Shown here: positions 9,372 to 18,749 of the stretch, one piece after another
Layout: every line of letters begins with the position of its first letter
How positions within the stretch are numbered: the stretch's first letter is position 1
DNA from: a virus
Lineage: Duplodnaviria > Caudoviricetes
Strand: one strand, 5' to 3'
Length of the DNA stretch: 64,000 nt
Virus record (IMG/VR): IMGVR_UViG_3300020037_002148
Span: 14,988-78,987 of that record
Made by a program: the position numbers and the translations under genes
The notes under the pieces: model-generated
The model's database searches: none
Seen by the model: the letters and a program-made list of their open reading frames with translations, nothing else
Told to the model about the DNA's origin: nothing

Positions 9372-10048
9372 TGAATAAAACAACAAAATATTTATTTGTT
9401 CCTTTTACTGATGAGAATTCTTATTTTATAAATAATTATAACTTATGTCACACTACAGGAGGATTACAAATATATTTGAATGATGATGGATTTAAACATA
9501 CTTATGAAGATTGTTTATTTGTCCACTTTGATAAAACTAAAATACATAAATTTGATGAAAGATTAGCTTTTTTTAAATTTGGTGATAATTATTTAGAGGA
9601 TTATGAAATATCACCTAGTGAACACATGATTATATTTAAAATAGATAAATCATATAGAACAAGTATTGAAAGTTTTAAAAAGGGTAAATATTCAGAAATG
9701 TATAGTACTAAAGTAATAGATTTATTTTTTAGTAAAGAAAGTATGGATTTTTATTTAAAATACAAAGGAACACCAATAACAACATCTATTAAAAAAACAG
9801 TGATAGGTTCTGGAGATAAACAAGAAGAAATTAAACAATTAGTTATTAATAATCCTAAAGTATTAGATTATATTCCATCATTAGAAGCTGAGTTTAAAAA
9901 TATTGTATTATCTAAATATCATGTATTGAAGAAATCAGAAGAATTACAATTGATTCTTTCTTATTTATATATGGTAAATAAAAAGTATATTGATGAATTA
10001 GAATCTAAACCTTTGATGAAAGATGAAATTTTTAATTATAAAGAATAA
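9371..10048 (+). CDS. hypothetical protein
   Basis: 225-aa ORF with tight spacing. Confidence 0.6.
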   Translation: MNKTTKYLFVPFTDENSYFINNYNLCHTTGGLQIYLNDDGFKHTYEDCLFVHFDKTKIHKFDERLAFFKFGDNYLEDYEISPSEHMIIFKIDKSYRTSIESFKKGKYSEMYSTKVIDLFFSKESMDFYLKYKGTPITTSIKKTVIGSGDKQEEIKQLVINNPKVLDYIPSLEAEFKNIVLSKYHVLKKSEELQLILSYLYMVNKKYIDELESKPLMKDEIFNYKE

Positions 10049-10051
10049 AAT

Positions 10052-10507
10052 ATGGAAATAAATTATAAAAATTGGAAAGTTCAATACAAACCGATATTTA
10101 ATCCTCTAAAAGAGAAGACTGATAAACCTACAGATGAAGATTATCAAATACATTGGCATACTATTGAAGAAAATGATTTAATTAAAGATCATATAGGAAG
10201 TGGTCAAGTATGGACTGTAGTAGGAAGTAAAAGAGATTCTATAATTTTAAAATCAGGTTTTCACAGAGAAAATAGAATGTATCATTATATTTCTCAAATT
10301 CCTTATACAGAAAATATAGAAATAGTTTTATTTGAAGGTTATCCTGAGATTACTAAAGAAGATTTACAGAACTTAAAATATCAAAGAGGAAAATGTTTAG
10401 ATGAAGCTTTATTAGAAAAACATCCAGAAGCTTCTGAATATATAATGAAACAGAAATTATCCTTAGATAAAATAATAGAATACATAGAAAGAACAGGTCT
10501 TAATTGA
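10052..10507 (+). CDS. hypothetical protein
   Basis: 151-aa ORF with tight spacing. Confidence 0.6.
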   Translation: MEINYKNWKVQYKPIFNPLKEKTDKPTDEDYQIHWHTIEENDLIKDHIGSGQVWTVVGSKRDSIILKSGFHRENRMYHYISQIPYTENIEIVLFEGYPEITKEDLQNLKYQRGKCLDEALLEKHPEASEYIMKQKLSLDKIIEYIERTGLN

Positions 10508-10535
10508 TTTGTTTATTAATTTTATAAAAATATAA

Positions 10536-13500
10536 ATGATAGAAGAATCTTTAGAAAAAGAAATGTTTAATGGAGATCAATTAGCAATTTCTGTATGGAA
10601 GTCAAAATATGCAGCAGAAGGAGAAACTCATTATAATCAAATGCATAAAAGACTTGCTAAAGAATTTGCAAGAATAGAAGATAGATATGTAAAAGAAGAA
10701 AGATTTAATCATGAATTAAATTTATCTAAATATGGTCAAGATAGAGAAAGATTAACTTATGAATCTATCTATGAATTATTTAAAGATTTTAAATACATAA
10801 TTCCACAAGGAAGTATAATGTCTAATTTAGGTAATAAAGCAATTACTTCATTAAGTAATTGTTTTGTTATAGGACAACCTAGTGACAGTTATGGTGGTAT
10901 ATGTAAGAAAGATGAAGAAATGGTTCAACTTATGAAAAGAAGAGGTGGTGTAGGATTAGATTTATCTACTCTTAGACCTGCTAAAACTTTAGTAAGTAAT
11001 GCAGCTAAGACTTCAACAGGTGTTGTGTCTTTTATGCATAGATATTCAAATTCTACAAGAGAAGTTGCTCAGGATGGAAGACGAGGAGCTTTAATGCTTT
11101 CAATACACATTAATCATCCAGATTCATTAGATTTTATCAAAATCAAAAGAGATTTATCTCAAGTAACTGGTGCTAATATATCTATTAAGATTTCAGAAGA
11201 ATTCATGAAAGCTGTGGAAGATGATGATGATTATTGGTTAAGATTTCCATGTGATAATAAAAAAGTTATTATGTGGGATACTTCTTGGGAATATAATAAA
11301 AATTATGAATGTTTAGATGAAGAAAGCCAGGTTGTAATTGCTAAAAGAATAAAAGCTAAAGAATATTGGAATGAAATCATTAAATCAGCTCATGGTTCAG
11401 CAGAACCAGGAATTATATTTGAAGATAATCATCACAATTACAGTCCTGATGGAGTATATCCACAATTCAAAGGAATTACAACAAATCCTTGTTTTCATCC
11501 AGATACATTAATAGAAACTGTAAACGGAAGAATTAAAATAAAAGATTTAGATTATCATAGTTTTGTTTATTCTAAAGATGAAGATGGTAGTTTATGTATT
11601 AAAAGAGCAAGTCCTTCTTTTATTTCTAAAACAAATGCTGAAACAATTAAAATTACTTTAAAATCAGGAAATTTTATTCAAATTACTCCAGAACATAAAT
11701 TATATGTTCAAAATAAAAATTGGATGGGTTGGAAAGAAGCAAAAGATTTGAAAATTGGTGATTCTATCGCACATTTATGTAGAAGTAGACGAGGAGCTAA
11801 ATATTCAGGAGTACATTTAACAACTTCTCCAAGTAGACAATTAGATCAAGTCATGGAACATAGGTTAGTATATGAAAGTTGTAACAAATTTACTACTAAT
11901 GATATTCATCATATTGATGGAAATACATTTAATAATAAAATATCTAATCTTGAAGAATTAACTCATGAAGAACATGCAAAACATACAGCAATAAATCAAA
12001 ATCCTCAAACACATCAGGTAAAAGATAAATTAGGAAGATTTATATCTGGTGAAAATTCTAAAAAAGGAGCTAAAACAATTATTAATATTCCTGATGAACT
12101 CAAAACTAATATGTTGAGTCAACATCATAATAGAATTATTTCTATTGAAAAAGGAGAAACTACAGATGTATATGATATTCAAGTAGAAGATACTCATTGT
12201 TTAATTGCAAATAATATGGTAGCTCATAATTGTGGAGAAATCTTTATGCAAGAATATGATGCTTGTAGATTAATTGCTGTAAATTACTTTAGTTTTGTAG
12301 ATAAACCATTTACAAAAGAAGCTAAATTTGATTTTGAGAAATTCTACAAAATTAATTATGAAGCAATGAGATTATCTGATGATTTAATTGATTTAGAACT
12401 TGAACATATTGATAGAATTCTTAGAAAAATATTAGAAGACCCTGAACCTTTTGAAGATAGAAGAACAGAGTTTGAACTTTGGACTAAAATTAAAGAAACT
12501 GCTACTGCAAGTAGAAGAACAGGTTTAGGATTTACTGCATTAGGAGATACTTTAGCTGCTTTAGGATTAAAATATGATAGTGATGAATCTTTAAAAATTA
12601 TTGATAAAATAATGCATACTAAGATGGGATCTGAATTAGATTGTACTATTGATTTAGCAATTTTAAGAGGTACATTTCAAGGTTGGGATTCAAACCAAGA
12701 ATATAATATTAATAGTCAATATGATGAATACGATATTGAACATTTAAATATTAAAGGTAAAAATGATTTTTATACTTTTATAGCTAATAAATATCCCAAT
12801 CAAGCTGAAAAAATGATTAAATATGGTAGAAGAAATATAAGTTTTTCAACTGTAGCTCCAACAGGTACAGTCTCAATAATGTCAGCTTCAACATCAGGGA
12901 TTGAACCACTTTTCTCACCTTATTACTTTAGAAGAAAGAAAATTAATCCAAATGATGAAGGAGTAAGAGTAGATTTTACAGACCAAAATGGAGATAAATG
13001 GCAAGAATTTCCTGTATTACATCCTAAATTTAAAGATTGGTATATAATAAAAGCTCAATGTGAACATTGTACTCATGTAGCTTTAGAAGCTTTAGAAAGA
13101 GCAAGTAAAGAACAATTAAAGGAAATATTTGAAATGTCTCCATATTATCAATCTACAGCTAATGATATAGATTGGGTAAAAAGAGTTGAAATTCAAAGTG
13201 TAATACAAAAATATATTACTCATAGTATTTCATCTACTATTAATTTACCAAATACCGTAACTGAAGCTGAGGTAAGTGAAATTTACATGGAGTCTTGGAA
13301 GAAAGGTTTAAAAGGTATTACTGTTTATAGAGATGGGAGTAGAAGTGGTGTGTTAATTACTGAATCTACTAAAGATAAACAAACATTTGAATATAAAGAT
13401 GCAGTTAAAAGACCAAGAGAATTAGATGCTGATGTTCATAATATTACATTAAAAGGAGTTCATTATAAAGTGATAATTGGTTTATTAGATGATAAACCTT

Positions 13501-13883
13501 ATGAAGTATTTTTTGATGAAACAGAAAATAAAATAAGTGGTAAAGGTATAATATTTAAAAAAGCTAGAGGAAATTATTTTTTTAAAAAAGATGATATTAC
13601 TACTGATATTACTTCTAATATGACTGATGAACAAGTAGCCATATCAAGATTAGTTAGTACTAGTCTTAGACATGGAGCTTCTATACATTTTATTACAGAA
13701 CAACTTTCTAAATGTGATGGAGATATATTTTCATTTACTAAATCATTAGCAAGAGTGTTGAAGAAATATATTCCTGAAGGAACTAAGTCTACAATAACTT
13801 GTAATGATTGTGGTTCTGATGATGTAATATTTGAAGAAGGATGCTCCAAATGCAGATCATGTGGCAGCTCTAAATGCGGCTAA
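10536..13883 (+). CDS. nrdJ: class II (adenosylcobalamin-dependent) ribonucleotide reductase, intein-containing
   Basis: SLSNCFV, RRGGVG, RRGALM, EPG, TTNP|CGE, RRTGLG, VAPTGT, TSGIEP, SSTINLP, KGITVYRDGSR; C-terminal TSCPD-like domain and Zn ribbon; no ATP cone; no small subunit nearby. Confidence 0.9.
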   Translation: MIEESLEKEMFNGDQLAISVWKSKYAAEGETHYNQMHKRLAKEFARIEDRYVKEERFNHELNLSKYGQDRERLTYESIYELFKDFKYIIPQGSIMSNLGNKAITSLSNCFVIGQPSDSYGGICKKDEEMVQLMKRRGGVGLDLSTLRPAKTLVSNAAKTSTGVVSFMHRYSNSTREVAQDGRRGALMLSIHINHPDSLDFIKIKRDLSQVTGANISIKISEEFMKAVEDDDDYWLRFPCDNKKVIMWDTSWEYNKNYECLDEESQVVIAKRIKAKEYWNEIIKSAHGSAEPGIIFEDNHHNYSPDGVYPQFKGITTNPCFHPDTLIETVNGRIKIKDLDYHSFVYSKDEDGSLCIKRASPSFISKTNAETIKITLKSGNFIQITPEHKLYVQNKNWMGWKEAKDLKIGDSIAHLCRSRRGAKYSGVHLTTSPSRQLDQVMEHRLVYESCNKFTTNDIHHIDGNTFNNKISNLEELTHEEHAKHTAINQNPQTHQVKDKLGRFISGENSKKGAKTIINIPDELKTNMLSQHHNRIISIEKGETTDVYDIQVEDTHCLIANNMVAHNCGEIFMQEYDACRLIAVNYFSFVDKPFTKEAKFDFEKFYKINYEAMRLSDDLIDLELEHIDRILRKILEDPEPFEDRRTEFELWTKIKETATASRRTGLGFTALGDTLAALGLKYDSDESLKIIDKIMHTKMGSELDCTIDLAILRGTFQGWDSNQEYNINSQYDEYDIEHLNIKGKNDFYTFIANKYPNQAEKMIKYGRRNISFSTVAPTGTVSIMSASTSGIEPLFSPYYFRRKKINPNDEGVRVDFTDQNGDKWQEFPVLHPKFKDWYIIKAQCEHCTHVALEALERASKEQLKEIFEMSPYYQSTANDIDWVKRVEIQSVIQKYITHSISSTINLPNTVTEAEVSEIYMESWKKGLKGITVYRDGSRSGVLITESTKDKQTFEYKDAVKRPRELDADVHNITLKGVHYKVIIGLLDDKPYEVFFDETENKISGKGIIFKKARGNYFFKKDDITTDITSNMTDEQVAISRLVSTSLRHGASIHFITEQLSKCDGDIFSFTKSLARVLKKYIPEGTKSTITCNDCGSDDVIFEEGCSKCRSCGSSKCG
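11490..12230 (+). mobile_element. intein (247 aa) with HNH endonuclease domain in nrdJ
   Basis: Block A CFHPDTLIET, block B ITPEH, block F/G VYDIQVEDTH...VAHN followed by Cys. Internal EHRLVY...IHHIDGNTFNNKISNLE. Removal restores TNPCGE. Confidence 0.93.
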
Positions 13884-14052
13884 AAATATAGTACCAATTT
13901 AATCCTCTTGTTCACCTAATAAAATTTGAAATAAAATATGAAGGTTTAAGTAATAATGAAAGTTGAGTGCCTTAGACAGGAAGTACTACTGATTCTAAGT
14001 AACTATACAAGATTATTTCATCAGTTAGATTTTATCTAATAATAGTGCTTGT

Positions 14053-14093
14053 ATTAACCCACATAGTTAAAGTCGTGTGGTATTAATTTTTTT
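14053..14093 (+). terminator. putative intrinsic terminator after nrdJ
   Basis: ATTAA-C-CCACAT / GTGTGG-TA-TTAAT hairpin followed by a T run. Confidence 0.4.
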
Positions 14094-14103
14094 AAATAAA
14101 ATT

Positions 14104-14328
14104 ATGATAATATATTTAAATAAACAGTATGGATTAAATGGTGAAACAATAAAATTCTTTCCATATTGTAAAGATAAAGTTGAAGAAGGTCATTATATAG
14201 TATATGGTGATTATACTTTAGCTTGTATAAAAGAAAATGAATTTACTTTGGTAACTGATAATCCAAATGATTCTATACTTGGTTCTGATTTATTAAACAA
14301 TGAATGGAAATTATGGAAAAAGCTGTAA
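14104..14328 (+). CDS. hypothetical protein
   Basis: ATG 14104 preferred over GTG 14077. Confidence 0.5.
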   Translation: MIIYLNKQYGLNGETIKFFPYCKDKVEEGHYIVYGDYTLACIKENEFTLVTDNPNDSILGSDLLNNEWKLWKKL

Positions 14329-15557
14329 ACATAGTAACAATAAAAGCAAAAATACCTTTATTTAAAGGTGATGATAAAGCTGAAAGAATAGAACTTATTC
14401 AATTAGAAGAAAATGGTTTTGAATTAGTTTCTCAAAAAGATTTATACCAAGTAGGAGATAAAGCAATTTACTGTCAACCTGACTATTGTCTTAGTGATAT
14501 ACCTTTATTTGAAAGTTTTATAAGACCTAATAATAAGGATGGTAATCCTGATGAAAGTAAATCAATGCTCGGAAAAGTACGTGGATTACCAAGAAGAATC
14601 AGAGCTAAGAAATTTAACTTTCACAAAGGAGATGGAATTTCTGTTTATAGTAATGGTATTCTACTTCCTATAAAAGAAGTAATGAATTATTTAAATATTC
14701 CTTTTAATAAAGAAGATAAAATATTTGATGTTGATTCTAATTTAACACAATTATTAAATATTACTAAATATGAAGAACCTGAAAGTAATTCAGGTCCTGG
14801 AGTAAAAGGTGGTAGTTCAATGGCTTTTCCACAAGGTATTATCAGAACAGATGAAGAGAATTTTAATAATTTAATTCATCATGTAGAGAAATTATTACCT
14901 TGTAGATTAATTGGAAGACAAAAGATTGATGGAAGTTCTATTACTCTTTGGTATAAAGATGGTAAATATGGAATTGCTTCAAGAAATTTAGGTAAACCAT
15001 TAACTATTACAAAAGTTACAGGAAGAAGAAAACCTACTTTATGGGAACAATTTTTATCTATAAAAATAAATTCTATTATATTTTCTATGATTGGTTTTAA
15101 TACTAAAATAGATTTAAATATTTATAGTGAAGTAGAATCTGATAGTGATTTTGTTAAATATGGTAAACCTTATTTAAATAAATTAATTGAACATTGCGAT
15201 GAATATAAAGTTAATTTAGTACTACAGGGTGAACTTTGTGGTCAAGGTATGAAAGGAAGTGGGAATAAAAATAATCCTACTGCTAAAGAACCAACTGATA
15301 TAATTTTCTTTAATGTTTGTAAATATGAAAATCAATCTGTTAAATTATCTGAAGAAGATTTTGATTTATATTCTAATTCTTTAGAATTTAAAACACCAAA
15401 ACTATATTTTGATAGAGTATTTAATACTATAGAAGAAGTAAAACAAGAATGTGAATCTATCTTTAAATCTGAATTAATTGAAGGTATAGTTATTAGAGAT
15501 GAAAATCACTCTTTCTCATGTAAAATGATGTCAAATGAATATGATTCAAAAAAATAA
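14304..15557 (+). CDS. RNA ligase, Rnl2/DRB0094-like
   Basis: N-terminal AERIE...YQVGD..IY..PD module; nucleotidyltransferase motifs QKIDGSS, QGELCG, EGIVIR, KMMSNEY. Confidence 0.85.
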   Translation: MEIMEKAVNIVTIKAKIPLFKGDDKAERIELIQLEENGFELVSQKDLYQVGDKAIYCQPDYCLSDIPLFESFIRPNNKDGNPDESKSMLGKVRGLPRRIRAKKFNFHKGDGISVYSNGILLPIKEVMNYLNIPFNKEDKIFDVDSNLTQLLNITKYEEPESNSGPGVKGGSSMAFPQGIIRTDEENFNNLIHHVEKLLPCRLIGRQKIDGSSITLWYKDGKYGIASRNLGKPLTITKVTGRRKPTLWEQFLSIKINSIIFSMIGFNTKIDLNIYSEVESDSDFVKYGKPYLNKLIEHCDEYKVNLVLQGELCGQGMKGSGNKNNPTAKEPTDIIFFNVCKYENQSVKLSEEDFDLYSNSLEFKTPKLYFDRVFNTIEEVKQECESIFKSELIEGIVIRDENHSFSCKMMSNEYDSKK

Positions 15558-16575
15558 AATAATTATATTAATCTTATTGCTATTTTCAATAAATAGTTTT
15601 AGTTGTCCTAAAATAAAAGGAATATTAATTGATGCTTGTGGTACAAAAGAAGAATTAAATGAATGGATGGTATTAACAACAGATACAGCTATTATAGTTA
15701 ATAATCTTAGAATAGATTATGATGCTAATAACAATAGTGGTGGAACTGTAAATGCTGATATTACAAGTGGAGGATGTTCTTGGAGAGTTCCAAGAACTTC
15801 TTCTATTGATTCTCTTAAAATAAATAGTTTATATAATTCTAATATAATATCTATAAGTCCTGGAGGAACTATTCCTGCAAATTCTACTATTTTAGTATTA
15901 ACTTCTGATAGTATGAATTTTGCATATAATATTACTAATCTTACTCAATATGGAAATGTTTATGTTATTCAAAGTTCATGTAAAAGAAATACAGGAGCAT
16001 TTACTAATTTAGGAAATGGAGCTAATTATAGATTAACTAAAATTATTTATAATACTTGTAGAGATAGTGTATGGCATTACATAGGAAACAGTGCTGTAAA
16101 TGGACACTATGGTGTTAGAAATAGAGATACTATGAGAATTAGTTATGGTAATATTTTTACTTCTTCTTGTAATGAGTATATGATTCTTCCAATAGAATTA
16201 GTTTCTTTTATTGTAAATTGTGATCTAATAGAATTTATAACAGCTAGTGAGAATAATGTCAGAATGTTTTATATTGAAACATCTTTTAATACTATAGACT
16301 GGATAGTGATAGATTCTTTACCACCAAGAAATTATAATAATACTCTAACTAATTATAGTGTTACAAATCCACATTTAGGACAATATTTTAGAATTAGAGA
16401 AGAAAATTTTGATAATATTTTTTATTCTACAATGTATTATACTAAATGTGAACAGGATATAAAAGAGTATAAATTATATAATTTCTTAGGACAACAAGTA
16501 AATGAAAAAGACAATCTTCCAAAAGGTGTATATATAAAGAGATTTAAAAATGAAAGTATAAAAGTAATTAAATGA
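15535..16575 (+). CDS. secreted protein with T9SS type A C-terminal sorting domain (lamin-tail-like N-domain plus Ig-like LPxEL domain)
   Basis: Signal peptide KNKIIILILLLFSINSFS; DACGTKEELNEWMVL; LPIELVSF...TASENN..FYIETS...YFRIRE..FD...YS; C-terminal YNFLGQQV...LPKGVYI...KVIK. Confidence 0.7.
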   Translation: MNMIQKNKIIILILLLFSINSFSCPKIKGILIDACGTKEELNEWMVLTTDTAIIVNNLRIDYDANNNSGGTVNADITSGGCSWRVPRTSSIDSLKINSLYNSNIISISPGGTIPANSTILVLTSDSMNFAYNITNLTQYGNVYVIQSSCKRNTGAFTNLGNGANYRLTKIIYNTCRDSVWHYIGNSAVNGHYGVRNRDTMRISYGNIFTSSCNEYMILPIELVSFIVNCDLIEFITASENNVRMFYIETSFNTIDWIVIDSLPPRNYNNTLTNYSVTNPHLGQYFRIREENFDNIFYSTMYYTKCEQDIKEYKLYNFLGQQVNEKDNLPKGVYIKRFKNESIKVIK

Positions 16576-16898
16576 CATCAGAAGAACAAATAAAACATGT
16601 AGTAAAATTAGATAGTGATTTATTAGATATTATAGAATCTAAGTCAAATGATTATGCAGACGCAGATGTATTATCAAACTTTAAAATAGTTTCTGAAATA
16701 GTTAAATTAGCTAAAATAGATGCTACATTACCTGAAGGTTATGCTATGTTAATGGTTATACTTAAAATAGTTAGAATTTGGAATTTAAAATCAAGTGGTA
16801 AAACACCAGAGAATGAATCATTATTAGATAGTTATAAAGATTTAATAAATTATTGTAAATTATCTTACTTATGTGAGATGGAAAGTAAATGTAATTAA
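16572..16898 (+). CDS. nucleotide-modification-associated domain protein (DUF1599/Nmad1-like)
   Basis: KSNDYA...LSNF...LKIVRI...NESLLDSYKDLINY. Confidence 0.7.
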   Translation: MTSEEQIKHVVKLDSDLLDIIESKSNDYADADVLSNFKIVSEIVKLAKIDATLPEGYAMLMVILKIVRIWNLKSSGKTPENESLLDSYKDLINYCKLSYLCEMESKCN

Positions 16899-16900
16899 TT

Positions 16901-17956
16901 ATGATATTGTATAAAAAAGATAGTAAAGAAAAAATTAGATTTCTTGAAATTAAAACAGAAGGTTCTGATTTAATTCAAATTTCTGGTATAATTGGGACTG
17001 ATAATCCTGTAGAACATAGAAAAACTTGTAAATCTAAAAATATCGGTAAATCTAATGAAACTAAATCAAGAGAACAAGCTATATTTGAAATGGAATCTAA
17101 AATAAAAGAAAAACTTACAAAAAATTATTTTTATACTATTAAAGAATGTGAAACTGAAGAAGTAATACTCCCTATGTTAACTAAATCTTATGATGATGAA
17201 AAACATAAAATAGATTGGAATAATTGTTTTATACAACCTAAATTAGATGGAATGCGTTGTTTAGCTCATATTAAATCTAATGGTGATGTTACATTAATTA
17301 GTAGAGATGGTAAAATTATTAGTAATATGGAACATATTATGGATGATTTATCAACTATTAAACAAGATGTTATTTTAGATGGGGAATTATATGCTCACGG
17401 ATTAACTTTTCAAGAAAATATGAAGTTAATTAAAAAATGGAGGAAAGAAACTCCTGATTTAATTAAATTCCATGTTTATGATTTAATTAATGATAAACCT
17501 TTTAAAGATAGAAAAGTTAGAGAATTTATTAAAAATTTATCTACATGTAAAGAAGTTTCTACTTATGAAATTATTAATAAAGAAAAATTAGATTATTTTC
17601 ATGCTATTAATATATCAGAAGGATTTGAAGGTAGTATAATAAGATGGGGGAATGAAGGATATAAAATGAATGGTAGAAGTTCTAATCTTTTAAAATTTAA
17701 AGATTTTAAAGATATGGATTTAGAAATATTTCAAATAACTTCAAATGATGCAAATCCTTTACATGGTACTCCTCATTTTAATTTAAAAGGTAAAGCATTT
17801 AAAGCTGGTGTTAAAATGTCTCATGAAGATAGAGAAGATTTATTAACTAATAAAGATAAATATATTGGTAAAATAGCTAACATAAGATATTTTGAATTAA
17901 CAGATGAAGGTATTCCGAGATTCCCAGTAATGATTGGAATTCATTCAGATAGATAA
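16901..17956 (+). CDS. lig: ATP-dependent DNA ligase
   Basis: QPKLDGMRC, LDGELY, FHVYD, EGSIIR, LLKFK, IRYFELT..GIPRFP. Confidence 0.92.
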   Translation: MILYKKDSKEKIRFLEIKTEGSDLIQISGIIGTDNPVEHRKTCKSKNIGKSNETKSREQAIFEMESKIKEKLTKNYFYTIKECETEEVILPMLTKSYDDEKHKIDWNNCFIQPKLDGMRCLAHIKSNGDVTLISRDGKIISNMEHIMDDLSTIKQDVILDGELYAHGLTFQENMKLIKKWRKETPDLIKFHVYDLINDKPFKDRKVREFIKNLSTCKEVSTYEIINKEKLDYFHAINISEGFEGSIIRWGNEGYKMNGRSSNLLKFKDFKDMDLEIFQITSNDANPLHGTPHFNLKGKAFKAGVKMSHEDREDLLTNKDKYIGKIANIRYFELTDEGIPRFPVMIGIHSDR

Positions 17957-17972
17957 AAAATAAATAAATAAA

Positions 17973-18749
17973 ATGAATAAAGAAAGGATATATAAAGTGG
18001 TATCAATAACTATTATAGTAATATTAGTATTATTGAATTTAAAATCTTGTAAAAATACACAGGACACTAAAAAAGATTATGTAAATACGATTAATGCTTT
18101 ACAAGATACAATGACTACTTATTATAATAAAGATGGAATGCAAGTAGCTAAAATATCTGCAATTGAAACAGAAAAAGCAAGTATGTTTTTAGATATAAAA
18201 TCTAAAGATGCTGTTATAATCAAACTTCAGGAAGAAGTAAAGAAGAATAAAAATAGGATAGGTAAGTCTGGTTCAGTTACAGTTATAACAAATACTACAG
18301 AATTAAATACTGTAGATACTACTTATGTTACATCAAAAGATACTATAGTTAGAAATGATACTGTCTTTGTATATCCTGAATATTCATCTTTTATTAGAAA
18401 AGGTTTAAGAATAGATTCTTCTTATTGGATAGAAGCTAATGTAAAAGCAAATAGAGATAGTACAAGTTTTGAGCTTGGAATTCAAAATAGTTATACTATT
18501 GTATTAGGCAGAGAAAAAGCTAAGAGTTTTAAGGGTTTATTTAAACCTAAGATAGCTTTTGCAGAAGTTACAAATGAAAACCCTTATACTACCACTAAAA
18601 CTATAAGAGCTTATCAAGTAAAAGTTCCTAGACCTAAAAGATTAGGAATAGGAGTGAATGTAGGATATGGAATCATCCTTGATAAAAAGCCTGTATTTAG
18701 ACCTTACATTGGAATTGGATTACAATATAATATAATAGAGATATTTTAA
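17973..18749 (+). CDS. membrane-anchored protein, putative spanin-like lysis factor of Bacteroidota phages
   Basis: N-terminal TM helix, coiled coil, C-terminal beta hairpin RLGIGVNVGYG...PYIGIGLQYNI. Confidence 0.5.
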   Translation: MNKERIYKVVSITIIVILVLLNLKSCKNTQDTKKDYVNTINALQDTMTTYYNKDGMQVAKISAIETEKASMFLDIKSKDAVIIKLQEEVKKNKNRIGKSGSVTVITNTTELNTVDTTYVTSKDTIVRNDTVFVYPEYSSFIRKGLRIDSSYWIEANVKANRDSTSFELGIQNSYTIVLGREKAKSFKGLFKPKIAFAEVTNENPYTTTKTIRAYQVKVPRPKRLGIGVNVGYGIILDKKPVFRPYIGIGLQYNIIEIF

